A stretch of DNA of 64,000 nucleotides, taken from assembly GCA_963693055.1 (NCBI GenBank), contig OY843751.1, forward strand, positions 2,400,001-2,464,000. Reading direction: 5' to 3'. The position numbers and the translations under genes are program-made. The stretch is from a bacterium (GTDB lineage Bacteria; Zhuqueibacterota; Zhuqueibacteria; Residuimicrobiales; Krinioviventaceae). Positions within the stretch are counted from its first letter, which is position 1. Each line of letters starts with the position of its first letter. Positions 55,035 through 64,000 of this stretch are shown here, one piece after another. The notes beneath the pieces were generated by a model. It searched no databases, was not told the DNA's origin, and worked only from the letters and a program-made list of their open reading frames with translations.

Positions 55035-57965
55035 ATGACAAAAATTCCTAAAAATTGGTTGTATTTATTCATCATCCTTATTTTGCTGGCAACGCAAAGT
55101 GGTTTTGCCGCTGTTACCGGTAAAATTAGCGGAAAGGTAGTTGACGGTGAATCAGGTGATCCGTTACCTGGTGCAAATGTGCTGATAGATGGCACAACAC
55201 GTGGTGCCGCTACAGATGTTGATGGTAACTATTTAATAATTAACCTGGCTCCTGGTACCTATTCGCTAAGGGTTAATATGATTGGTTATAATACGGTACA
55301 GATTCAAGATGTTCGTGTTTACACTGACCGCATAACCAAACAGAATTGTGAATTGACAATGGGTGTTCTTGAAGGGCAGGAAGTTGTTATTGTTGCCGGA
55401 AGAGAGCCGATTGAATTTGATAGAACCAATACCGCAGCTTATGTGAATCAGGAAGAAATTGAAGCCTTGCCGGTAACAACTTTTAGTGAAGTGATTGCTT
55501 TGCAGTCGGGTGTTGTTGCTGATGCTGGTGGAAGTCTTCACTTTCGTGGTGGTCGTTCCCGTGAAGTTGCATACATGATTGATGGTATTCCCGTAACCAA
55601 CAACTTTAGTCAGGGTGGTGGTTCAAACGTTGCTATAGAAAATAACTTTATTAAAGAACTTCAGGTTATTACCGGTACATTTAATGCAGAATATGGTTCT
55701 GCCCAATCTGGTATCATTAATGTTGTAACCAAAGTTCCTGAAGACAAGTTTGATTTTAGTTTTGATGCTATGACTGGTGGATATTATTCACCGGATCAAC
55801 CTCAATATATTGGTCTTGATTCATATGATCTGTTAAATACTCAGGAATACAAGTTTTCAGTTTCAGGTCCGTTACCTTTTCCAAAAAGACTTGGTAAACT
55901 CGGCTTTTTTGTAAATGGTCGTATTGTTAATGATGACGGTTATTTAAATGGTGAAAGACGTTATTCACCAGAAGATGGTTGGGAAATTGAAGTTTTTCGT
56001 GAATGGTATAATGCAACTTTTGATCCCAAAGATCCGCTTTTGATTCCAATTCCGGATTCATTGCATACTGGTGATGGCTCAATAGTTTCTATCGATTGGG
56101 AAAAGAAATACAGCATTAATACAAAACTTGTTTATCAACCCATTCCATCTATGACATTGTCATACAACTTGTTTACAAGTGATGGTGAGGGTAAATCTTA
56201 TTCACATTCCTGGCGTTATACTCCAGATGCGTTGCCATTCTGGTATGATGATAAAATAACGCACATGTTGGTTTTTACACATTCTCCTCTAGAAAATCTT
56301 TATTATAATTTGCGTTATTCAATGCAAAAAAGTGAAACAAAAGCTTATACATATGAAAATCCTAATGACCCCAGATATCAAGCAACTTCTATTAATGCCT
56401 GGGATCCGGGTTCAATCACTGGTTATGACTTTGGCGGTATCTATAGCTGGGATCGTAATTTCCAGGAACGCACAATGAATCTGATCAATGGTGATGTAAC
56501 CTGGCAACTTAATAAAGTAATGGAAATTAAAACAGGTTTTGAATATAAAGACCATGATCTTCATTATAGAAACGCTCCAATGAAACCCAAGTTTGGTTAT
56601 GAAACTCAGCAATTCCCATTCACCCGTAGTGAAATTGCGGGTCTTGAATTGCCTTATGAATTCTTTCGCGATTCTACCAGAGCTTATGATTATGGAACTA
56701 TAAAACTTCGTCAGGCAAGTCCTGACAGTTCATTGGATGATCTTTACTATGTGAATTATAATCGTTATCCTATCGAAGCTGCAACTTTTGCTCAAACCAC
56801 GTTACATATGGGTGAAATTATTTTAAATGCAGGTTTGCGATATGATTATTTTGCACCAGAAGATCGTTGGGCACCAGATTATACAATTATCTATCCTGAA
56901 CTTGTTGGTAAGGATTATATTGAAACTGAAAGTGGTGAAAGAATTCAATACTATGAACAAGCCGAATCCAAGTGGCAATTGAGTCCGCGTTTTGGTTTGT
57001 CATTCCCCATTTCAGAAAAAGGTGCTATGCGTCTTTCTTATGGACATTTCTTTCAGACACCCAGTTTTGAAAAAATGTATCAGAACCCAGTATTACCGGA
57101 TTACAATGAATTTAGTATTATGGGAACCAGTATTGGTAACCCCAATCTTAAACCTGAAAAAACAATCCAATACGAGTTGGGTTTGCAGCAAGAGCTTTCT
57201 CCCGGTTTGTCAATGGAGTTGACAGTTTTCTATAAAGATTTTCGTGATCTTTTGGGTATAGAAATTTTGACATTGAGTAATGCAACCACATTCTATCGTT
57301 ATATCAACAAAGAGTATGGTGATTCAAAAGGTGTTTCATTTGCTTTAAATTATAGCTCAATGGACAACAAGGTTGTTGCCGGTGTTGATTATTCATATAT
57401 GACGGCTAAAGGTACATCTTCCAGTCCTGAAGCTGCCCGTGATGTTGCGATTTTATCCGGTTCTTCCAAAGGTGCATATTCACTTGCTTCTCGTAGAATT
57501 GATTACCTGAATTGGGACCAAACTCACAGTTTAAATGCAACAGTCAGTGTGCAACCTGTTAAAAAACTTTACTTGAGCGTTGTCGGTCAATTGGGTTCTG
57601 GTTTACCTTATTCGCCTTCTACACTAGATCCTAATATTGAGATTCCAAGTGGTTGGTGGGACAATGCAGACCGTAAGCCTGTTAGATGGGCTGTTGATTT
57701 CAAGATCAATAAAACTGTTACTTTGATGAATTATAATTTTTCAGTGTACATGAATATTTATAATATCTTTAATCACTTGAATGAAAATTCTGTTAACAGC
57801 ATAACCGGGCGTGCGGGCCCAGATGCATACCTGCCAGAAATTGCACGTAAACGTTATTACAGACTTGAACAATTGGGTGAATTCACTCAGGAGGAAGCAG
57901 ACTATAATCCTACTGAATATTCACGTCCACGCTTAATTCAATTTGGACTTTCATTTGCATTATAG
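55035..57965 (+). CDS. TonB-dependent receptor (Oar-like)
   Basis: TGKISG.V.D..SG.PLPGANV, RGGR..EV.Y.IDG, GTFNAEYG.AQSGIINVVTK, SPR.G.SFP, GNPNLKPEKT.QYELG, C-terminal PR.IQFGLSFAL. Confidence 0.93.
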   Translation: MTKIPKNWLYLFIILILLATQSGFAAVTGKISGKVVDGESGDPLPGANVLIDGTTRGAATDVDGNYLIINLAPGTYSLRVNMIGYNTVQIQDVRVYTDRITKQNCELTMGVLEGQEVVIVAGREPIEFDRTNTAAYVNQEEIEALPVTTFSEVIALQSGVVADAGGSLHFRGGRSREVAYMIDGIPVTNNFSQGGGSNVAIENNFIKELQVITGTFNAEYGSAQSGIINVVTKVPEDKFDFSFDAMTGGYYSPDQPQYIGLDSYDLLNTQEYKFSVSGPLPFPKRLGKLGFFVNGRIVNDDGYLNGERRYSPEDGWEIEVFREWYNATFDPKDPLLIPIPDSLHTGDGSIVSIDWEKKYSINTKLVYQPIPSMTLSYNLFTSDGEGKSYSHSWRYTPDALPFWYDDKITHMLVFTHSPLENLYYNLRYSMQKSETKAYTYENPNDPRYQATSINAWDPGSITGYDFGGIYSWDRNFQERTMNLINGDVTWQLNKVMEIKTGFEYKDHDLHYRNAPMKPKFGYETQQFPFTRSEIAGLELPYEFFRDSTRAYDYGTIKLRQASPDSSLDDLYYVNYNRYPIEAATFAQTTLHMGEIILNAGLRYDYFAPEDRWAPDYTIIYPELVGKDYIETESGERIQYYEQAESKWQLSPRFGLSFPISEKGAMRLSYGHFFQTPSFEKMYQNPVLPDYNEFSIMGTSIGNPNLKPEKTIQYELGLQQELSPGLSMELTVFYKDFRDLLGIEILTLSNATTFYRYINKEYGDSKGVSFALNYSSMDNKVVAGVDYSYMTAKGTSSSPEAARDVAILSGSSKGAYSLASRRIDYLNWDQTHSLNATVSVQPVKKLYLSVVGQLGSGLPYSPSTLDPNIEIPSGWWDNADRKPVRWAVDFKINKTVTLMNYNFSVYMNIYNIFNHLNENSVNSITGRAGPDAYLPEIARKRYYRLEQLGEFTQEEADYNPTEYSRPRLIQFGLSFAL

Positions 57966-57985
57966 AAAAATGGGTATTTAAGATT

Positions 57986-59053
57986 ATGAAAAAAATACAT
58001 TTATTATTCAGCTTTATTGTAATCTTTTACTGTAGCCAGTCTGTATTTTCTCAAATTGATTTGAGTGATGCCCAATACAGTTCTGATATTAGTAGAAGTG
58101 GTACTTCTGCAGGTGCAATGCTTGAAATTGGTATTGGCGCCCGTGCAGAAGCTATGGGAGGTGCATTCGTAGGTGTTGCTGATGATCCTTCCGCTCTTTA
58201 CTGGAATCCTGCAGGAATTATTAAAGTAAATACAATTTCTGTTCAGGCGACAAAAACCGAATGGTTTGTAGGCACAACTTTTAATTCACTGGACTTGGTA
58301 GTGCCAGTTAAAATGGTTAATTCTGCACTTGGAGTTCACATTGCCATGTTAGACTATGGCTCTAATCCTGTTCGTACAATATTTCGTCCAGAAGGAAATG
58401 GTGAAACATATTCGGCTTCAGATCTTGTTGCCGGACTTTACTGGGCGCTGGGCATTACAGACCGTGTTAACGTTGGTTTGGGTTTGAAATATTTTCAACA
58501 GAATATCTGGCATGTTACAGGTACCAATGTTGCTGTTGATTTGTCAATATTGTTTGATACACCGGTAAAAGGTTTGACACTTGGTGGAGCTTTGAGCAAC
58601 CTTGGACCTGAATTTTCACTGAACGGTCGAGATTTAACTAGAGTTTATGATATTGATGGCCGTAAAGATACATATTATAATAATGATAATGTAGCAATCC
58701 AGCTTGCTACAGAAGCTTATCCTTTACCACTTTTATTTAGATTTGGTATTGCTTATACATGGCAGCTTACATCCAGAAATTCTTTGCTTGTTGCGTCTAA
58801 TATAAACCATCCAAGTAATAATGTTGAAACTGTGGATGTAGGCGCAGAATTGAATTTGCTTGATCTTGGTTTTTTAAGAGCTGGATATCAATCCTTGTTT
58901 GATGATAAATCTGTTTCAGGGCTTTCTCTGGGAGCTGGTTTGAAATACAGGGTACTTGGTTCAGCTACTTTGACTTTTGATTATGCATGGACAGACTGGA
59001 CTGTTCTTGCGTCAACCAACAGATTTACTGTTGGTATCAGTACAGCTTATTAA
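57986..59053 (+). CDS. PorV/PorQ-family outer-membrane barrel
   Basis: GTS....LEIGIGARAEAMGGAFV..ADD..ALYWNPAG, LP..FRFG.AY, LRAGY, DYAW, ends in Y. Confidence 0.9.
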   Translation: MKKIHLLFSFIVIFYCSQSVFSQIDLSDAQYSSDISRSGTSAGAMLEIGIGARAEAMGGAFVGVADDPSALYWNPAGIIKVNTISVQATKTEWFVGTTFNSLDLVVPVKMVNSALGVHIAMLDYGSNPVRTIFRPEGNGETYSASDLVAGLYWALGITDRVNVGLGLKYFQQNIWHVTGTNVAVDLSILFDTPVKGLTLGGALSNLGPEFSLNGRDLTRVYDIDGRKDTYYNNDNVAIQLATEAYPLPLLFRFGIAYTWQLTSRNSLLVASNINHPSNNVETVDVGAELNLLDLGFLRAGYQSLFDDKSVSGLSLGAGLKYRVLGSATLTFDYAWTDWTVLASTNRFTVGISTAY

Positions 59054-59092
59054 TTAAGGTTTTGTTTCTAAAATTTAGTTAAAGGATGATTT

Positions 59093-62000
59093 ATGAAAAA
59101 GCTTGTTAATATATGTGCATTGATCATTTTATCAGCAAGTTCGCTTTTTGCGCAGGCTGCAGGATCACAATTCGATCTGCATCCTATGCACTGGGCCCGT
59201 TTTTGGGCAAGGGGACTTTTTGATCGTAACTTGATTTATTGCCCTGTTTGGAATATTGGAAATGTAACAGACTCTGGCGTTGACCCGGGTGATGATATGC
59301 AATGGCCTGGTAGTGAAGGCCTCAGTTTTGTTGATGCTGCTGTTTTTTATATAGGTGCATTGGTTTATGACATGTCTGCTTATGAAGGACAGCAAGTTCC
59401 TGAAACCTGGGATGGTAGTGATATTTATATTGTGAGCGATGCTTATAATACTCATGTCTCTCAAGCTGTTCCATGGGCACAATTATCAAAAGATAAAACT
59501 CACCAGCAAAAATGGGCACCCATTCCTGGATTTTTTAATGATGGTGCTTATGGCTATATTTATGGTATAAATGAAGATACTGATGGTGATGGTGAATTGT
59601 CTCCTGCGGAAGATATTAATTTGAATGGTATTTTGGATTATAATCTGGAGCCACCTGAAAGTATTTTGAAAAGCATGGCTATCAGTACCGATAAACGTAC
59701 CTGGCCTGAATACTGGCCTGGTGGTACATATGTTGGTGATGAGCGTGAGTTTTTTGGTAGACCCCCAAGAACAGTTGAAGCAGGTGAAAGAAAAGGCAAG
59801 TGGAATGGTGAATTTAAAGCAGGAACCATTTCTGATCAGGAAACATTGTATTGGATGGATGATCATGAAAATGACCATTGGAATGATTACAAACAGGGTC
59901 GTTACTGGCCAATGAAGAATTCTGATGGAACTCCAGATACAACACCTTGGGCTGATGGTGGTATTGCTGGTGCCGGTGTTGAAGTTGAAGCCAGAACTTA
60001 TGCATGGTTTCACCCCTTAGCTGAAGACTTGCTGGTTTCTGTTTATCGAGTTCGAAATTATAGTGATTATACTCTGAAACGCGTTGTTACCGGTATGTGG
60101 GCAAATGCCAATATTGCAGGAAAAGGTGATTATAACCTTGCCAGTTATATTATAGCTGATTTTGATTATGAAGGCTCAGGTGGTCGTCTTGACTTTGATA
60201 TTTTGTATCAATGGCACCAGTTCCCGGATCAACTTTCTACATATAAAAAAGTTGGTACTTTTGGATTTGCATTTCTTGAAAGTCCCGGTATCCCTTATAA
60301 TGGTTTGGATGATGACGCTGATGGTCTTGTAGATGAAGCTATGGATGATGGTATTGATAATGATGGTGACTGGTTACCTTATGCTGATATAGGTATAGAT
60401 AAAAAAGGCCCAGGTGATGAAGGTTATGTAGGTCCCGATGGTGATGGAACTGAAAATAATGGAAGATGGGATACTGAAGATGCAAACCTGAATGGTGCTT
60501 TGGATCCTGGTGAAGATACTAATAAGAATGACAAACTTGATTTTGAACCAATTCGTAACGACCGTGGAACTGATGGAATTGGTCCTGATGAAAATGGCTG
60601 GCCAGGTCCTGATACTGATGGCACTGAAGCCAATGGCGCTATGGATCTTGGTGAGCCCAATTTTGACAAAACTGATATCGATGAAGCTGACCAGGCTGGT
60701 TTGAAACATGTTTATGTTTATGAGAACAATAAAGATCTTAAAGATGATAAAGCCTTTTGGGAAAAATATCTTGCTAAAGATGATGTAGATATTGAAGAAA
60801 CAGATGAAGATATCGTTTTTACTTTTGGTGCTCGTAATGTTCAATTAGATATTGATGTTTGGAGACGCTTTACTATTGCAATGATTATGGGTGAAGATGA
60901 AGCTGATGCCATTCGTAATAAAGCAACCATGCAGAATATCTATGATGAAAATTATCAGTTCCTGACTCCTCCATTACAACCTACTTTGGTATCTAATACT
61001 ACAAATAGAAAAGTACAATTGTATTGGGATACAGATGCTGAAGCATCAAAAGATCCATTTTTTGGTGAAGACTTTAATGGCTACCGTCTTTACAAAAGTA
61101 CCGATCCTAAATTCCTTGATGTAAAAACTATTACAGATGCTTTTGGTAATATCCTGTTGTTTGAACCCCTGGAAATTTGGGACAAGGATGATGGTTTGAT
61201 GGGCGTTCACCCAATTCCATTCCCCAACTTGGGTGTCCATTATGACATGGGTAATGACAGTGGTTTAAAACATGCTTATACCGATACTGTAGTTGAGAAT
61301 GGTAGAACTTATTACTATGCGTTGACAGCAATTGATGCTGGTAATGATGATGATTTTTATGAAAGAAAACTTGTTACTGAAGATTATCCTATGCAGGCTA
61401 TGCCTAGTGAATCACCTTTCAATATTACAGTAAACAAGCTGGGTGAAGTTGTGTATAGAGATCGAAATACTGCCGTTGTTATTCCTACTGAACCGGCTGC
61501 CGGATTTACTGAACCCCATATTGATTCAACCTTGATTAAACACAATTCAGGTTGGGCACGTGGTGGAAAAATGAATATTGAAGTTTTTAATAAAAATCAT
61601 GCAAACCTGGGAAATGTTTATGAACTCCAGTTTGAAGATGATCACTGGCTTGATAGCCTCACCAACAAGTTTGAGTGGGGTGGAACGACAGGTATACGTT
61701 GTTTGAATGTAACAACCGGTGATACAATGTTTGATTTTCAGTATGATACACCTTACTATTTCAAAGAAGAAGCTTATAAGGAAATTGAGCAAGGCTTTTT
61801 TGAAGGTGTTCACTATGATCTAAGTTTTCCGATTGATACGGATGTAAGATATCATGGTATTGAAATTGTTAAAACTAATGCAGATGGTCGCAAAACTAAT
61901 GAATGGAAACGTTGGGCAACTGATACAGAGTCTAATCTTCGTGTTGAAGAAATAGATCTCGACAATTCAGATGCTACCATTGCATTGCCTTTTGATTTTG

Positions 62001-62731
62001 AAATTCGGGTTGAAGAAGATATGGGTGCTGATACATCTATTGCTATTCCACCATTGATTAAGGCTTATCCTCTTAATTTTACTACCTGGAATGTTACTGA
62101 TCCAAACAATCCTATCCAGATGGACGTTGTTGTTCGTTATGATAAAGATTCGCGTCTGGAATTACCTCAGGAAATGTTTGGACAACTTTGGGACAGCACG
62201 CGTGTAATCTTAAAGCTGCCTAATAAAAAAGAAACAGGTTGGTTGTCTTCTTGGACTGTAGAATTTTATAAAAACCGGTTTGATTCTTTAAAACCTGTTA
62301 TTGCACCTGCTCCTGGTGATATTTACAGGTTTAAAACGACACGTAACCCGTCTCGTCATGACCGTTTTCAATTTACAATTGATGGTGGTACATGGGATGA
62401 AGATAAAGCAAAAATTGAAATGCGTGATATCTATGTAGTACCTGATCCTTATGTAGTATCAAGTAGTTACGAGTCTATATATGAACTTGCAGGTTACTCG
62501 CAAAGACGTGTTGATTTTGTGAATTTACCGCCACAATGTACAATTAAAATATTTACAGCCAGTGGTAAGCTAGTGAGAACACTGGATCACAATGAAGCAA
62601 ATGACTTTGGTAGACATTCCTGGGATTTAACAACAGAGGATGGACCTGAGGTTGCCTTTGGAATGTACTTTTTTGTAGTTGAATCAAAAGCACTTGGAAC
62701 AACACGTGGTAAATTTGCGATTATCAAGTAA
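59093..62731 (+). CDS. Large secreted protein with acidic Ca-binding-like repeats, FN3-like domain and variant C-terminal sorting domain
   Basis: Sec signal; DxDxDG repeats; DFNGYRLYKS..YTD..V.NG.TYYYA.TA.D; C-terminus VVPDPY..FVNLP..CTIKIFT.SG.LVRTL.H..W..GMYF..GKFAIIK. Confidence 0.78.
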   Translation: MKKLVNICALIILSASSLFAQAAGSQFDLHPMHWARFWARGLFDRNLIYCPVWNIGNVTDSGVDPGDDMQWPGSEGLSFVDAAVFYIGALVYDMSAYEGQQVPETWDGSDIYIVSDAYNTHVSQAVPWAQLSKDKTHQQKWAPIPGFFNDGAYGYIYGINEDTDGDGELSPAEDINLNGILDYNLEPPESILKSMAISTDKRTWPEYWPGGTYVGDEREFFGRPPRTVEAGERKGKWNGEFKAGTISDQETLYWMDDHENDHWNDYKQGRYWPMKNSDGTPDTTPWADGGIAGAGVEVEARTYAWFHPLAEDLLVSVYRVRNYSDYTLKRVVTGMWANANIAGKGDYNLASYIIADFDYEGSGGRLDFDILYQWHQFPDQLSTYKKVGTFGFAFLESPGIPYNGLDDDADGLVDEAMDDGIDNDGDWLPYADIGIDKKGPGDEGYVGPDGDGTENNGRWDTEDANLNGALDPGEDTNKNDKLDFEPIRNDRGTDGIGPDENGWPGPDTDGTEANGAMDLGEPNFDKTDIDEADQAGLKHVYVYENNKDLKDDKAFWEKYLAKDDVDIEETDEDIVFTFGARNVQLDIDVWRRFTIAMIMGEDEADAIRNKATMQNIYDENYQFLTPPLQPTLVSNTTNRKVQLYWDTDAEASKDPFFGEDFNGYRLYKSTDPKFLDVKTITDAFGNILLFEPLEIWDKDDGLMGVHPIPFPNLGVHYDMGNDSGLKHAYTDTVVENGRTYYYALTAIDAGNDDDFYERKLVTEDYPMQAMPSESPFNITVNKLGEVVYRDRNTAVVIPTEPAAGFTEPHIDSTLIKHNSGWARGGKMNIEVFNKNHANLGNVYELQFEDDHWLDSLTNKFEWGGTTGIRCLNVTTGDTMFDFQYDTPYYFKEEAYKEIEQGFFEGVHYDLSFPIDTDVRYHGIEIVKTNADGRKTNEWKRWATDTESNLRVEEIDLDNSDATIALPFDFEIRVEEDMGADTSIAIPPLIKAYPLNFTTWNVTDPNNPIQMDVVVRYDKDSRLELPQEMFGQLWDSTRVILKLPNKKETGWLSSWTVEFYKNRFDSLKPVIAPAPGDIYRFKTTRNPSRHDRFQFTIDGGTWDEDKAKIEMRDIYVVPDPYVVSSSYESIYELAGYSQRRVDFVNLPPQCTIKIFTASGKLVRTLDHNEANDFGRHSWDLTTEDGPEVAFGMYFFVVESKALGTTRGKFAIIK

Positions 62732-64000
62732 TAAAATCTTTTATCTGATTTTTTTCGGGACATTGATCTTTTTAGCGTGTTCAAAACCTAAAATAGACAA
62801 TGTCCCTATGGATCAGATTATTGCTCAAGTTGGAGATCAATATATTACTGTTGATCAGTTTCGTATTAGTTATGAGCAAAGTTTTCCGATTATGCGTCAG
62901 GGTGAAAAAGAACCTCGATATGTTTACCTTGACCATATGATAAATGAACTTTTACTTGCTTCAAAAGGTTTTGATGAAGGTTATGATAAATCACCATATG
63001 TAAGTAGTCGAATCAATCGAAGGCAATATCAGGATTTGTTGGAATCTTTTTATACAAAATATGTTTACAGTCGGGTTGCTATCCCGGAAGATGAGTTGCA
63101 GGAAGCGACAAAAAAGTCAAGTGTTAAATTCCGCTTAATGTTTTGGCCTACACCTTCACTGGATGATGCAAAAAATGCATATGAGCAAGCTGTGAAAAGT
63201 GATTTGGAAAATTTTATTGATAATGAACTTGCAAAACAGGAAACAAAGCTTCAGTTTAAAGAATTTTTTCAGACCGATTGGATTGATTTTTTAGAGTTAC
63301 CTCCTAGAATTTTTGATCAATTGGCTGATTTGGAAATTGGTGTTCCTTCTCAACCCTTACCCCTGGGAAACGGTTATGCATTGTTTCAGGTTATGGATGT
63401 TAACTTTGAAGGTTTAACATCTGAAGAAGTAAAACACGGTATTAAACGTAAAAAAATGGAACAACGTTTAAAAAATATAGAAACTGATCGTATAGCGCAT
63501 GCTGTCATGGATTCTGTACTCACTCCTATGGATATTCGTGTTAAAGGACCTGTAATTAATAGAATTGCACCATTGCTTTATCAATGGTTTCAAGATGGTT
63601 TACCCAAAAGTAAACCTTTGCTGGAACATGTGAATACTCCTGATGATACGGCAAAACAATATATTTTTGATTTAAAAGAATTGCTAAATGAAGCCTTGGT
63701 AACAACAAGCTCTGGCATTAAAACAGTTTCAGATCTTTTGGACTATTTAAATTATTATCGTAGTTCTTTGAATCAACCCATGGAATATGATTTGTTCCGG
63801 GAGATGCTAATTACACAAATTGGTACAATGATAAAAAATGATGCATTTGTAAATATTGCTAAAAATGAAGGTTTCCTTGATTCTACCAAGGTTCATCAGG
63901 ATTTGAGAATATGGCGTGACAAATGGACATTTGACATAACACGCTATGAAATGATTAAAGATTATAATGTCACAGAAAATGAAATGAAGGAATATTTTAA
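62715..64000 (+). CDS. Peptidyl-prolyl isomerase/SurA-PrsA-like lipoprotein, 3'-truncated (absent from ORF track)
   Basis: TTG 62715 MRLSSNKIFYLIFFGTLIFLAC lipobox; IIAQVGDQYITVDQF..YLD.MINE.LL...G..EG; LEIG.PS.P.....GY.LF.V. Frame matches to the window end. Confidence 0.75.
   Translation, partial: MRLSSNKIFYLIFFGTLIFLACSKPKIDNVPMDQIIAQVGDQYITVDQFRISYEQSFPIMRQGEKEPRYVYLDHMINELLLASKGFDEGYDKSPYVSSRINRRQYQDLLESFYTKYVYSRVAIPEDELQEATKKSSVKFRLMFWPTPSLDDAKNAYEQAVKSDLENFIDNELAKQETKLQFKEFFQTDWIDFLELPPRIFDQLADLEIGVPSQPLPLGNGYALFQVMDVNFEGLTSEEVKHGIKRKKMEQRLKNIETDRIAHAVMDSVLTPMDIRVKGPVINRIAPLLYQWFQDGLPKSKPLLEHVNTPDDTAKQYIFDLKELLNEALVTTSSGIKTVSDLLDYLNYYRSSLNQPMEYDLFREMLITQIGTMIKNDAFVNIAKNEGFLDSTKVHQDLRIWRDKWTFDITRYEMIKDYNVTENEMKEYF

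Overview
AT-rich bacterial chromosome segment dominated by cell-envelope and glycan-utilisation genes. NPFNP/FlgD-Ig C-terminal sorting domains, Oar-type TonB-dependent receptors without SusD, PorV-like barrels, Shine-Dalgarno sites and canonical sigma70 promoters suggest a non-Bacteroidota FCB lineage such as KSB1 or Calditrichota (inference, not tested). Contents in order: end of a heavy-metal RND pump; secreted and BNR-repeat proteins; three Tat-exported enzymes (two Gfo/Idh/MocA, one amidohydrolase); a GH43-GH43-NRAMP-like-FG-GAP operon; two GH106-like glycosidases flanking a PEGA/FISUMP pair; cysK; tRNA-Leu(CAA); pgk; a VIT1 fusion; an LVIVD protein; tRNA-Sec(UCA); a GH2 beta-galactosidase. 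The last 23 kb holds the most notable feature: two paralogous SusD-less modules, each with a TonB-dependent receptor, a PorV-like barrel and a large secreted protein carrying a variant sorting domain. The first is followed by a GH5 pseudogene. The second lies behind a LacI regulator with two operator-like sites, faces three divergent phosphoesterases, and is followed by a truncated PPIase-like lipoprotein missing from the ORF track. I saw no CRISPR array, rRNA, integrase or transposase. All family calls come from motif recognition by eye, not database searches.
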